This document shows, piece after piece, positions 40,699 through 54,727 of a stretch of DNA of 64,000 nucleotides. This DNA comes from Octopus sinensis. Lineage: Eukaryota. The translations under genes and the position numbers were made by a program. The stretch covers positions 52,762,001 to 52,826,000 of the forward strand of contig NC_043006.1 in NCBI RefSeq assembly GCF_006345805.1, read 5' to 3'. The first letter of the stretch is position 1. Every line of letters begins with the position of its first letter. The notes under the pieces were generated by a model. That model was given only the letters and a program-made list of their open reading frames with translations, ran no database searches and was not told the origin of the DNA.

Positions 40699-41100
40699 AA
40701 TCCAGAATCCTTGTCCGGTACCGGATCGATCCCAAAATCTAATCAGTTCGTCCTAGTCACGAGGCCAAACACACCCGAAAGTTTCATCAGAATCTATCCA
40801 GCAGTTCTTGAGATATCTTGTCCACAGACAAACAAACATGGCTAAAAAAAATCCTCCGCCTTAGCGAAGGTGAAGATAAGAATAATAATAACGAGCACTC
40901 AGAGAGCGCAAACCTTCGCTAAGGCAACACCAACGTCCTTTCAACGATTAGCCAGAGATGATTTTTAAAATGAGAATATCTGAAATTCGACTGGTCTCTC
41001 AAACGAGAATACTAAAAATGAAACCGACCGCTCTCAAAAATTAATTTTAAAAAACCGGAAAAATAATCCAGAATCATTATCCGACACCTGATCGATCCCA
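40699..41100 (+). mobile_element. Helentron-associated (HINE/DINE-like) non-autonomous element in tail-to-head arrangement
   Basis: AAAGTTTCATCAGAATC..AGTTCTTGAGATATC..ACAGACAAACAAAC; subterminal inverted repeat GCCTTAGCGAAGGT / ACCTTCGCTAAGGC; 36-bp terminal redundancy. Confidence 0.65.
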
Positions 41101-41574
41101 ATGGTAATCATGGAATGTGAAGGAGGCTGTAGAAAATTTAGTAACAGTAATAAACAGTTTATCTTTATCTAACACAAGTCAAAAATAAGAAATTCACCAT
41201 TCAAAATAGTTTCAAAGGCGGGAATAATAATAATAAGTTTTAATCAGGAATATTTAAATGAATAGTATGAGACCTTTTTGTTTTCTCTTCTATTAAATTC
41301 CGTACCTTCCTTTAGTATTCCTGTTGTTTCAGATCACTGTATGGATGTATGTATATATGTAAGTATACTATAAAATGTTAATATAATATATATATATATA
41401 TTATAAAAATGTTAGTGTTACTTAATTTCTGAACGGTTTTGCTGCTGTTGGTTTATGTAGTTTGATTTCTTTATCCATCAGTTTCTATTAAGTTAGAGAC
41501 GCGAGTAAAATTAATAATAGAGAAACGAAAATAAAACTTTGGAAATAATGATGATGATGATGATAATGATGATG

Positions 41575-41677
<103 letters not shown>

Positions 41678-41893
41678 TAATCCTTTCTACTATAGGCATA
41701 ATGCCTGAAATTTGGTGGGAAGGGGCCAGTCGATTAGATCGTTCCCAGTACTTGACTGGTATTTAATTTATCGACCTCGAAAGAATGAAGTGCAAAGTCG
41801 ACTTCAGCAGAATTAGAACTCAGAACGCAACAACGGACGAAATGCCGCTAAGCATTACGCCCAGCGTGCTAACGATTCTGCAAGCTCGTCGCC

Positions 41894-41895
<2 letters not shown>
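41678..41895 (-). mobile_element. SINE family A embedded in (AAT)n tracts
   Basis: Family A core; (AAT)n at 41546-41677 and 41896-41963. Confidence 0.85.
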
Positions 41896-41965
<70 letters not shown>

Positions 41966-42496
41966 GTAGTAGTAAATTATATGCTTACAATAGCACTAAG
42001 TTCATAAAATAGATTAAAAGTCTGAGTAATACATAAACCTTAAAGAAGGATATTGCTTGAAGAATAACTGAATTTGAGTGGTTATAATTCGGGCGTTCAC
42101 ATTTTGACAGTTTCCCACACCTTAAAACATTAATTGAGCCCTGAAAGGGAAGGCGAGAAAGTGAAGACTTAAGAATTATTCAGCACAGCACTTATCCTTT
42201 CTAGTATAGGTTTACATTTCCTTCAATATTCATCGTTGTATTCACAAATGTATATTTTTAGGAACTCGTTAGTCTGATAGAAATTTCAGATGGTCTTTTC
42301 CCCCCACTTCGTGCGAAAGTATTTTCGCGTGTGTATGACTCAAAGACATAAATCAAGAAACAAATTTCTCTTAAGACCACTCATTTATCCGATTTCGATT
42401 CCCGATGAAAGCAAGAAAACTGGTTGGGACGGGTCAGACGTGAAGCAAATTTGCTGTTAACGATTTTCAACATAGAATTGTCAGAACACGGTGTTA

Positions 42497-43026
42497 TTAA
42501 CCCCTTGACGCCAGTATTACCCGACGCATGCGAGACACTGCTCCGTTTTTTTTTTTATCTAATAAACACACAAGTGCCAACGAGCTCGCGTCTATTTACG
42601 TTCACCGTTACAATAACATAGCGTCGTACATTTACGTCTACCGGTTTATGAAAACTAACTATGTGAAGCTATTTATCATAATATGATATGCACGAGTTAT
42701 TCTGCTCAAATTCAGAAAATAGCTTGCGTGTGGTACAACTCAAAACACTGTATTATGCATGTAGAGTATTCGCATGTCATTGGTCAACTGCTAGTCTCAT
42801 GACTTGAACGTAACCTAAAATAGCTAAGATAAGGCACGGGACGGCGAGCACGCGCATCTCAAGAGATAAAGTACACGGTAGCGAACGTAAACATACGTCA
42901 GCCGCTAAAAAGTCCGTGATAGATGTACGGCAGCTTTACTGCTTTACAGCGTATATTTACGTTAACCGCTGGTAGGCAAGCAAAAGTGTGATCGCATATT
43001 TGCGTCAACCGTTGTCAAGGGGTTAA
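42497..43026. mobile_element. piggyBac-type MITE
   Basis: TTAA-CCCCTTGAC ... GTCAAGGGG-TTAA, plus internal inverted GACGCATGCGA / TCGCATATTTGCGTC. Confidence 0.85.
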
Positions 43027-46000
43027 CAAACTTGAAGATCTTATAGGATTGTAGAGAGTGGAGGTTGTTGTTCAGTTGAATGATGTAAAGGAATTTGCCT
43101 TAGTGAGACATTAGTGAGATGAGCCTATAGAACAGAGATGGTTTATGGAAGAATAAAGAGCGTTTTCAGGAATGGGGAAGAAGTCAGGATTATTTGAAAT
43201 GTCAGTGTTGCTGTGGCGGAGAATCAGCTATGTGGCCATACTTATTTGTAATGCCAATAGAGAGCTGTAAATGATTTCAGCCGCTGCACCACCAGGGTCG
43301 TATAAGAAAGGCGCAAGAGTCAAATGCATTCGTGGAGCAGTGTGTTGAGATAAAAGTCTTCAATGCAAGATAAGCAACTGTTGAACAAATGTTGATGTTG
43401 GGGAGAATTTGGGGCAGAGCTCAGCTGCTGGACTTCGAAAAATATGGAAGACAGAATTAGAACCAGAACGCCTTGAAGTATTCGTTGCTGAAGTTCAAAT
43501 AAGGGAGATGACTTATGGGGATAGTGATTGTTAAAAACGAAACCATTTTGTTCAGAAAGAAATTGAAATGCATGTGCGTGCATGTGTGAGTGTGTTTGTA
43601 TATGTGTATCCTGAACTGCACTGGAGAAATTGATTTAAGATAAAGAATAAGAGATAAGAGTCTCAAATCTTATTTTATAAAAGTCAAGCTGATCTCCGTT
43701 TGTCTGTCCATCACATAACATGTATAGAAAGAGAAGAGAGGAGAAAAAATTGTTTTTGCTGAGAGAGAAATACAATGAGACACAGAAAGAGAGAGAGAGA
43801 GAGAGGGTGTGTGTGTTCGTGTGTGCGTGTATGTGTGTGTGTATGGGCGTGTGTGCCTGCGTATGTGAAACAGATATAGATAGGTAGTGTTGTTGCCATT
43901 TAAATAAATGTTATTATTCAGTATTCAAACTATTATTATTCTTCATCCAGAAAACCAACTTGAACATAATTTGAACCATTTATGAAGGTATGTGCATGAT
44001 TAACATATACTTTTACCTAGTAAAACGTAAGGCTTAAATATTTATAGAATGTGATGAGTCAGATTCGAGTTAGGCTCCAGCGTAGTTTAAATATTGTTCC
44101 TCTTATTAAATTTCTTCTATACTTTAATTCCCCTACTGTCATGTTAAGTTGACAGTATACAACCATTATAAGATCAGTATGTTTCTGTGTATTGTAACAA
44201 AACCAAAGACAATTTTTCTGTCAATCACCTCTGCCATCGACAATAAACATTTCCCCAATAAAGATAGTTTTGTGCCAGATAAAAATAAATGCTTGTGATA
44301 TCACGATAGGATATTCGACTTCCGACTGAATGAATCGATAAATCATTGCAGTTCGTAGCTTAGAAACTTCTCACTCGTTGTTGTTATTTTTCCATTTAAC
44401 ACTAAAGATTGACCGTGAATAGATGTCGCTTACTATTATAAGTAACACACTATAATTAATATTTCATAATGGAATTCAAATTCTTCTGTAGAATTCAAAC
44501 AATTTCCAACTCTCTCTCTCTCTCTCATTTCTGACATCACTTCGTCATACAAATGAAACTCTCAAACCATTAAATATTTCTTCGGAAGCAATGAAATATT
44601 TTCCTTAAGCAGTTAAATAATAATAAATTATTGCTGCCTTAAAAATATTTTGTTCAATGCTATACTGTACTATCGAATAGATTTTATAGATTTTTAGCCG
44701 AAGCACCATGTATTGTCAAAAGTGAAGAATTTTCCTTTGTATAAAACTTTGAAGGCAGAAAAAGTAGAAACAACTGGACTTATTTCAATTCTCTGCTTGG
44801 AGTTTGTTCACGACTCTTTATAAACAAATTATTACTCGGAGCATAAGTAAACTATACACACTAATTTTCATACTAATACAATCTTGATTACTAGCTCAGT
44901 TAATAAATTACTGGTGTGTTAAGAGGGTTTCATTTCAATTCAATATTTTACTATACCGAGTATATCTACATATTTTTAGCCAACACTGTATCCAAACACG
45001 TCTACATATACATATATCTGTGGATATACTAGTTTCAACCCTATATTGCCGTTGTAATTATTGTTATTATCATAATCATCATTATTAAATCTGTACTATT
45101 TTATCACGCCCACTTTTTATGATTACTTGTTCAGATTGTTTTGTAACTTCCGTCTGTGTAAAATATAAAAACCATCATTATTCTCATCAACTATTTATAC
45201 TTACTCCTCCTCATGCTCAAATTACCAACATTATTACTATTGTTGTTGCACTTGTTGCTTTTAATGCTTATCTTGTATGTTTGTCAAGCGGAAAAAATTT
45301 AATCGCCGAGAAATTGTTTTGGACACTTTGCTTATGCAAGAATTTCAGTATAAATAGGGATAATCAGAACAGTAGTTTTGCAGATATCAATGCTGTTATT
45401 GTTTGTTATTTAGGAATGCAAAGACAAACTTCAGCATGGTGTTTGACAAATAATCTGACATCAAAGATCAATTATCTAAAAAATATTAAATATCTTGAAC
45501 AAAATATTAATATTCATATTTAAGTAGGCAGTTGTCATTGCCTCTTTAATAATGAAACGCTTTACTGGAATTAATTGAGCTACAAAATTAGAATTTTATT
45601 ATAACTAAACACCTCCCAAGCGTATCCCCATAATTAACCATACATTAAAACGGAATGTTTATATAAAAAAAACATCTCAAAATGCGTTGTATTTCGACAA
45701 TTCAGCATGCATCACAGAGTCGGCTTGCTAAGTTCATGTCACACTCATACACGTTTATGACTACTCCCTTCTCTTTGCAACAAGTTCACTGAAAGTTTTA
45801 AAATATTCATTGTTCGGCTGATTTTTTCTTAGCTAAAAATAATCTACTGTGAGATTCTTTAATGTCTTTAGTTTAAGCCATATAAGACATATTTCTGCTT
45901 TTCGACTCAAGTATGGTTTCTTAGATTACAATTTGTAATATGTTCAGTAGATGCATGTCGAAAATAACGAGAAACATTAGACGATGTATTAGACGAAACA

Positions 46001-47411
46001 ATCAACAAGAGAGCGACCTTTAATATTTCAGGGTACCCCAAGGACACATTATTAATATGAAGGCAGAACGACCTTCTTTTCCCAAATGGGATATCAATGT
46101 TTTGAAGAATGCCTCCATGATATCTCTGACATATCGAATATATTAACATTTTTTCCCCGATATCTTAGAGCACTGAAAGTCGGCAGACATAAAATAATTA
46201 GAATAAATCTTTTTAAATTGAAACAAGATTGATTACTCATTAATATTGCTCATTTGTTCCAAATGAAAATATCACTTGGCTCATTATCATCTTTATCTAA
46301 TATAATTCAAAACATGTTCGTTTCTTTTCTGTTTTGTTTTGTTTCGTTTTTCGATTTTGTGATTGTTGTTCTATCCTTGAATGTTATATTTGCTTAATGC
46401 CAAAGAACAGTTTGCACCAACTAGCCTTGATGCATCCACGTCGACGTCCTAAATTTAAATCTGAAATCAGCTGCTCCATCATCTGTGTGTTTGTTTAGCT
46501 TAAACATCCGATCCTGGCGAAGGAAACTGAGAATAACCATCTTTACTGAAACTTAATAAAAGAAAATTCTGCTCCTGAACGTGTTCTTCATATCACGTGT
46601 TCACGTCATCTAAGGTCAAGACATAGGGTAGGTTAGGTATTGCAAGTAAGGAGGAGTAAACTATATAAGATTTCAATATGACTCGAGCACTGGAAAACAG
46701 TTTAAAAGTAGATAAGAAATAGAGCCAGTTAATAATATTTGGAACTGGGGCAGGAAACTTTGTTTTAAACATAAGTCCCCTAACAGGAAATGTTTGTTTA
46801 AAAGATGTCAGCCGTGAGGGTAGCTAATTATTAGGTCACGTAAAGATATTCTGGAACGCTGCTATAATTTCTTAAGTACAAGATAAAATAATTCAAAGTC
46901 ATTGTCAATTTATTGCAAACATTATCTTTAAAAAATGAACATGTAGGATATTAATAAACTGGCTGCTTGCCGAACTGATGCAGAAATATTGATTAAGTTA
47001 GGCAGGATGATAAATGATAAACAGTGGAAGACGTATCAGTTACAACCTTTTCCTGTCATGTCTACCACGTGTCCAATATGATTTCCCTCACGTGTGAGCT
47101 ATCGTTGCACGCAAACTTCGATATATATCTACAGCATAAGCACAAAAATTTGTTGTTGACAGTGGTTTGATGTAAACTAACCTTTGAAATTTAAAGTGCG
47201 GTAGCAATGGCGATAAGCTTACAACTGATAATTCAATCATAATATCATAAACATCGCTTTTAAAAAAAAGTAAAAGGTGAAAATAATATTCCTGTTTCTG
47301 CATTATCAGAATTGTTAATTACTATGCAACAGTATTTTACTAATGCACATACAAGTGTATGTGTGTATACACACGTACAAACACACACACACACACACCA
47401 CACACACACAC

Positions 47412-47442
<31 letters not shown>

Positions 47443-47450
<8 letters not shown>

Positions 47451-47669
47451 TGGTGCTGAAAAGTTTCTGGCTTTAGGGGTATCACGAAAGGCCTGGTTAG
47501 AGGCCCAACCTTCCGAGTTCTTTCACAGGGCTTAGAGAAACTGAAGAACCGTTGCCATCAGTGTGTGAATCTGAGATGGGAATATGTTGAATAAAATCAT
47601 AATTAACTGATCCTCCGGTATTTTCTTTTACTTTTTTTTTACCCAAAGTTAGGAACTTTTTAGCACAAC
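47443..47669 (+). mobile_element. Internally deleted mariner (MITE) keeping the transposase C-terminus
   Basis: CGAGGGG..TGCTGAAAAGTT.CTGGCTTT / AAAGTTAGGAACTTTTTAGCA; GLEKLKNRCHQCVNLRWEYVE*. Confidence 0.75.
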
Positions 47670-48025
47670 ATTAAAAACATAAATGATACAGTATTATGTG
47701 TCATCCTATGTCAAAGCTTAGCAATGTGAGTCATAAATCGTTGCATATTTGGTTTTTGGTCTATCAGTGGTTAATATTTATAGTATAATAAAAAATCAGG
47801 CGAGAGTTCGCTTCGCAAATGCACTACTGGGAAAATAGAACACAAAAGAGCAATAAAATTGATTCGTATATTGCTGTAAAGTTAAAATATTTGGTTCGTA
47901 TACGCTTGATTCAAAGCGAGATCTAACTGCGCTATATTTTCGACAATTAACTTCTACTAAACCCTCACTTCGTACAAAACCTTGCAGCTGTAAGTTTCAA
48001 ACAGAATCGAAGTCGAGAGCCTATG

Positions 48026-48058
<33 letters not shown>

Positions 48059-48179
48059 GTTTGTCTGTGTGTGTATGTGTACACACATACACACCCACAC
48101 ACATATAGATAGATAAATAGATAGATACATACATACATACATGCATGCATGCATACGGAAATACCCTGTTGTTGATGTT

Positions 48180-48228
48180 GAAATTCTAATGAAGGAGCCT
48201 TAAATATAGGTTAGAAACCGGCTCTTTC
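48180..48228 (+). ncRNA. Degenerate hammerhead-like motif
   Basis: GAAA-TT-CTAATGA-..AGCCT[loop]AGGTT-A-GAAA-CCGG-CTC-TTTC; core G5->A and imperfect stem I. Confidence 0.3.
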
Positions 48229-48986
48229 TCTATTGGCAAGAAATCTTGAAATAAAACTGAACAATGACATAAATACATGTATACATACATGTGAATATCA
48301 GCGACCTTTTTAAGTGCACAGTTTGTGACAGACCATGCCTTTCTTTTGCTGGGCTCAAATCTCATTTGCGGACACATGAAAAATGAACCTCCACCAACTA
48401 CTTTGCCTATATATCTGTTCACACTTTTCAATGCTGTGTATGCCATAAGGTCTGCAAATCTAACAGAGGCCTCAAAAGACATTTTAAGATCCACAAAGAT
48501 CAGAACTTAACTGCAGCTCTTGGTGGCCCAAATAAAATATACAATCTCTGTGGGTGCCTTTTCAATACGATGTCTGATTTAAAAAGCCACATTAGATGCC
48601 GTGATGGACCTATGGTGTAAGTACAGGAGGTGGTCAGACTCTGCATAAGTAGACAACCACGAAATAACACATATACAGACTCACAATGTGTGTGCGTGTG
48701 TCTGTTGTGCACACGCATGTGTGCGTGCATGTTTGTGTGTGTATATATATGTGTGTGTATGTGTGTGTGTGTGTGTGTGTGGTTGTGTGTGGGGATCCAT
48801 GTGCGCGCGCGAGCGTGTATGTGTGTACCGGCAAGAAATATAAACCAAAGATCATAGATTCGGTTCTTTGATCAGAAACATCAGTGACAAAAGCGATAAA
48901 CATGTCGCTCTCAATATCCAGCTAACTGGAGGCCATTGCTAAAAAGAAATGCGATAGAAAATTAAATACCTGCTCCTGTATCTTAC

Positions 48987-49130
48987 CCTTAATAAATCAG
49001 AAGGTTGGCAATGACTAGCGCTAAAAATTTCGAACATAGAATAGTTTCTCTCTTTTCACACATCGCACTGAAGTGTAGGCCAGACTCCAGCAACACACGT
49101 GCACTCACCCACACAACTCTCTCTCTCTCG

Positions 49131-49175
<45 letters not shown>

Positions 49176-49300
49176 ACACACACAGGAAGAGAGAGAGTGA
49201 GAGAGAGAGACAAAGAGAAACATTCGAGTGTGAAGAGAGCAGTGTTTAAGAATGTAATCTACTCCTAAATCGTGTGCATCAAATAGGAACAAGTGGCCAA
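48987..49300 (-). promoter_or_regulatory. Candidate promoter and non-coding first exon (Inr TCAGT near 49069, donor at 48986/48987)
   Basis: Minus strand CTTCAGTGCG Inr-like site, GA/CT repeats and a CCAAT (~49297) upstream, AGG|GTAAGA donor about 83 nt downstream. Confidence 0.3.
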
Positions 49301-49994
49301 TAGGAAGTTAGTCTAAAGCTTCTTGATAAAGACACTACTGTTTACGACATATGCAATATGCACCACATACAGCTGTACTATTCAACTTGCATACTTCTCA
49401 GAACTAGTTAACAATTCATACTCACTATAAGAATAGGAAGATCAAAATTCCTAATCCTCTTTTAAAATGCAAGAGCTAAAGAGAACAACAGGCATTATAT
49501 ATCTGAAGTAGAACAACAGCCTTTATCTAAAGAAAACAACAGATATTGCATAAGTAAAGAGAACAGACTCGCAACGTTGCATGTTTTCTTATGAACCATT
49601 CTGATATAAAATTCATCTCCTACTGCATACGTCAACAAATCCAGTTCCTCCTCCTTGTAACCGTAATACCTTTATTTAGCATCAAAATTCATTTTCACAC
49701 CAAGATGTCAGTCCTGAGTAGCTGCTTTCTCTTTACAAAGAAAAGACGCATTCTGTACTAGAGTAATGTCCATACATCTGGGACAAATCATCCTACACTT
49801 TTTTTTCATTCAATGATGGGCGAGCATTCTAGAAACAGCAACCCAGCTGGCTTCACACATCGTCACTATGCCAACTTACCCATAATGGAGTAGTATTGCA
49901 TTTCTTTTTTCTTTTATTACTATTCTAATTACTCCACCTCCATTGTACTGCTTTATAAAACAATACAAAGCAAATTCTGTATTTAAAACCATGA

Positions 49995-50200
49995 ATGCGG
50001 TGAGCTGACAGAATCGTTAACGGGCAAAATGCTTAGGGGCATTTTGTTCGTTTTCATGTTCTGAGTTCATATTCCACCGAGGTCGACTTTGCCTTTCATC
50101 CTTTAGGAGTGGATAAAATAAGTACCAGTTTAGTACTGGAATCGATGTAATTGACTTACACCTCCTTCGATATTGCTGGATTTTCGCCAAAATTTGAAAT
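49995..50200 (+). mobile_element. SINE family A
   Basis: GCGGTGAGCTGACAGAATCG..GAGGTCGACTTTGCCTTTCATCCTT. Confidence 0.85.
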
Positions 50201-50686
50201 CAATTTTCTTCATGAAAATTGGTACTACAAAAGAACGGCAAGTGTCACACTACTTTAAAGGAAAATGCTATTGGCTGCAGTGGGATTCAAATTATATGAA
50301 GAATGTTTAATGATTTCATTTAGATTATAAACTCATTAGAAGAGAATTTTAATGAGTATTCATGTGTTCTGATCCTTTACCATATCTAAAACCTCTTGCA
50401 CTCTTTTCCAATAATTTTATTTAGTATATTTTTTACTTCAAATAACATTAGATGGGGATGAGAATAATAGCGCGTAGCATTGTATCTAACTCAGCTCTTT
50501 GTTGTAATCAGTTAAAATTCTGCTGGAATCGTCTTCGTATTTTAGGTTCCCTCTAGGTTTGATCTAATAGATAATAAAGGTGGCAGTTAAAGACTATGAA
50601 ATTACTTCAACTGAGAATATCACTAAAATTAACCTTGTACTTGAGAAAAAAAAATCTAGTTTCTCGAAAAATTAGTGTGTACTTAC

Positions 50687-50900
50687 AAACAGCTGTCAGA
50701 GAGCCTCAAGCAGTTTGCCGGCCACGTGTTATGTAGGCTTGTGCTAAAGTGTACCAAAGATATCATTACGTCATTGCAAAACTTTCGGTTCTTGCTTTGA
50801 TAGTGTCCGACTGTGTTGATATGGAAACGAAAGCTCTGGAACAATGCCAAATTACGTCCTTTGTATGGTGAATGTTTCACTGAATATATTTGATAGACAC
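50687..50900 (-). other. Candidate 214-nt exon
   Basis: TTTATTTTTCAG acceptor, TT|GTAAGT donor, one frame open throughout (VYQIYSVKH...LSDSC). Confidence 0.4.
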
Positions 50901-53085
50901 CTGAAAAATAAACAATCCACTGATTCATGTTTAACAGACAGTTAACAGAATTTCCGGGCATGATATGACTAGGAGCTAGGTTAACAATGTCTTGTTATTT
51001 TGTTATAAACTATGGAGCCGTATAACCACCCGTAACTATATAGTTCTCTCTCTCTCTTTCTCTTTCTCTCTCTCTCTCTCTCTCCCTCTCTCTCTCGAAC
51101 AAATTCAACTGCTTTTTTATGAAAGAGGGTGAAATTTGTTTATCTCCATATTGTGCCAGATGGAAGGAATTAGTAGAATCTCTAAGAGTAGTAGTTCAAT
51201 GGCTAATGAGGAAACATTGGAAATAATCATAAAATTATTGTTGTTCTTCGAATAACAATAATTTCATTACCTTTTCATGACTCCGTACGTAAAACATCTA
51301 ATGCCGTACACTTACATTTCTCAGATCCTGCTATAACAGTAATCATTGCAACACTACATAGAATATAAAGGATAGTGGGGGAAACACCTAGTGACGCGCT
51401 CTGCAGGAAAACCAAATGGTAAAGTTGCTGTTAATGTAATGAGCCCAAGAAATTTTAATTAAATTTACATCCTAGACATGGAAAACAAATCATTGGCTTA
51501 ATTATGAATTCTAGTTAATGTATTGCGTATATATGCATATATATGAAGTCAACTTTATCCGGCAGTACTGATAAGAACTACCCTTCACTGAGGAGGCTTA
51601 ATAAGGTTGAAATATGTCAGAAGTTTTATTGTACTGTCACAAACAGACTCCATTCCCATGTCCTCATGCAGTTATTAATTATTTTAATTATAATTTTTTT
51701 CGTTTATCTTCCCTATCTTTATTAAACTGTTTTACTCATTAAACAAATTATTCTTTCTCCTCGCCTCGTGTAATTTTAATTAATTATTTCTTGGTTCACT
51801 GCATTTTTGTAGTAGCACTGACTGTAAATACGAAATAGTTCGGGTTGTTAATAACACATAGCAGGTGTTCATTGTTAATAAGTTATTAAGGGATCCCTGT
51901 AAAATAACCTATTAAAATAGCCCTTAATAAAGTTTCTAAAAAACCATATTAGAAATAAAGATTACGTCAACGATGTGATTAATTCTATTAAAAACTACAT
52001 TTACAATAACCACCAGCGAAGAATTGTCTTTGACGGAGAGTAGCCTATTTTCAATGTATTTCGCTACAGTTCTTAGGAATATTAGTTTTCAGCAATTATT
52101 AATGCTTTACTTCCTTTAATGAAGCCTCTATCTATTGTAGTCAGCCTCTAGATAACAGATAGCATTATCTTTTCATGAATCTTTGTTCTATGGCCTATTG
52201 CTCTAGAATGTTGCTACTGACCTTGTCTCTCTGTTAATCTTCGCAGACATATGGCATGTGGGAAGTGTCTAAATACCACATGCTGCTTATAACCTAATTT
52301 TGTTCCAGTGTAAAACTTTGAAATGTGTAAACGATTATTCTATAATTGTGATAAAGGCCATTAGGATGATGAGTATTTTTTTCCCTCCTTTTAATATAAT
52401 TCATCCAACGTTTTACCCAGGAAAGCTGTTCCGACAATACACAATGAAAACAACAGTTAATCACTGTTTCACTCATATCGAAAAGATTCCATTTTGTTTT
52501 ATTTTAGAAGGCTAAATTATTATTTTAGCTTGTTTCCTTGTTTTGTTTTGTTCATTGTTTAGTTTTATTTTCTTCGTTTCATGAAGATGCTTTATTATTT
52601 TAGCCATTTTCGTTTTTTTGGTTAAACTTTGTTATAATCAAAAGTAAATATATTTTATTTTTTCTAGTTATATACACCAGACACGATAAACAGACTGTAA
52701 TCTTTCTCTGCGTCACTGACAGACACAGTGAGGGAAATACGGTGCCTACAACTTAGAAGAGTTAAAATGGTCTGCTTTCTGAAACAGTTACTCTTCAACA
52801 GAACTGACATAGAAGGCTTCTGCGTTATTACTCAACATGCTAGAAATAGGAACGAAATTTCCTTCAAATTACACCGTGCCCATATATAATGTAGTCCGAG
52901 ATACATCGTAAGCAGCGGAACGGTCACGACTGAAATTACTTTGATATTAGGTCTGCTCGATCAGACTAACTTTGGACTAAACAACAATAACTATTACTAC
53001 TGCTCTACATCTGCTGCTGCTGCTGCTGCTGCTACTACTACTATAATGTTCTCATTTTTTTACTATATATTACATATTAGTAGAG

Positions 53086-53364
53086 TGGAGGCACATGGTC
53101 TAGTGGTCGAGGGATCACGGGTTCGAATCTCAGACCGGGCATTGTGTGTGTTTATGAGCGAAACACCTAAGCTCCACGCGGCTCCGGCAGAAGGTAATGG
53201 CAAACTTCTACTGACTCTTTCGCCAAAACTTTCTCTCAATCTTTCCTCCTGCATCTAACAGCTCACCTGCGACGGACCGGCGTCCCGTCCAGGTGGGGAA
53301 CCTATACGCCAAGGAAACCGGGAAACCAGCCCTTATGAGTCGGGCATGGCTCGAGAGGGAACAA
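53086..53364 (+). mobile_element. tRNA-derived SINE family D with 14-bp TSD
   Basis: B-box GGTTCGAATC; TSD ACATATTAGTAGAG at 53072-53085 and 53365-53378. Confidence 0.9.
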
Positions 53365-53689
53365 ACATATTAGTAGAGATGAATCGATTCTTGTATTGTA
53401 ACCATAAATTCAAGGCCGGAAGATGATATTCAAGGGTCCTCCATGGTCTTCTGGGTTCAGACCATATTACGTAATATATGTCTTTACTTGAAATCCTTAC
53501 GTTGTCTCATTAATGCAGAAGATAATTTCTTCTCTTGTGAAAGTATTTTTTACAATATTATTTAACACAATTTTAAACCACAAAGATGAGCGAAATTACT
53601 AATCATGATCTTGAGTATTCAAAGTCCTTTTACTTTTCTTTCTTTTTTTTTTTTTCTTTGTCACATTCGATATTACTTTCACTGAAAGG

Positions 53690-53915
53690 CGGTGAACAAA
53701 TCGGTGAAGGTGGTGAAGAATCGTTAGTACGCCAGAAAAATGCCTAGCGGTATTTCGTCCGTTTTTACGTTCTGAGTTCAAATGCCAACGAGATCGATTC
53801 TGCTTTTCATCCTTTCGGGATCGATGAAATAATTACCATTATAGTCCTGGGGTTGATGAAATCGACTAGCCCCACCCCATGCAATTTCGGGTATTGTTCC
53901 TAAATAGAAAGGATA
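53690..53915 (+). mobile_element. SINE family A
   Basis: Family A core TTTCATCCTTTCGGGATCGAT. Confidence 0.8.
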
Positions 53916-54127
53916 TTGCTTTCATTGTAAGTTATATATTATTCTTTACTTATTGTAGATGTTTAACCTCGAGTAATTGCTGAGTAAGCACATACTGTGT
54001 ATCTAGAACTACCTTATCCAGTGCAGCTTTCTAGAAATAGTAGTATGTGATATGGTGGAATATTTGTTATTATGTTTTGCTGGTCAGCAAATAATTACAG
54101 ACTGCCTCCTAAATTATCATAATTTAA

Positions 54128-54646
54128 TACCGTAAATCCTCGAGTATAGTCCACCCTTGAGTATAATACGCAGGGAATTTTTAGGGGGCTGTACCTCTGA
54201 AAAACCTAAACCTTGTGTATAATACGCACCCCTTCTCTAACTTGAGACAAGGTCTATAAAACGTCCTTGGTTTGTAAAGCTGTATACGGTAATGTCCATT
54301 ATTATTATTGTATATATAACATAATGCAAACGTGTAGCTTTTTTGTGCCTTTTGTTTGCAGAAAATAAAGATAATAACAGTAATAACTAATAACGTTTAA
54401 TAAATGTTGCTTATTGCAAGTTATGGATGATTCTTTTATGACTTCATTGCTTTCAGGTTTAGCTTAAGGTATTTTCGCTCCCGACATCACAAAATGCGTC
54501 TGAATAAACATTGTCGGACAGCAAATAGAGACTCGGACATTGCTTAGAAAATAATTTTCATTTTTAACCTCGTACATAGTACACACTAAGGATTTTGACC
54601 TTTAAATTTTGGGAAAAATTCGGATTATACTCGAGGATTTACGGTT
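54128..54646. mobile_element. pogo/Tigger-like MITE
   Basis: TIR CCGTAAATCCTCGAGTATA.TCC / GGATTATACTCGAGGATTTACGG with a TA on the left. Confidence 0.85.
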
Positions 54647-54727
54647 GTTTTAAAACAATTTTAACTATTATAATGTTGCGTGAAAATTTGCAAAAGGAAA
54701 AATACTAGTAACAACAATTAATAATAA

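Noticed and set aside
43667-43710. Helitron-like 5' end (TCTTATTTTATAAAA...GTTTGTCTGTCC)
   Set aside because: Only about 40 bp with no matching 3' hairpin or CTRR end
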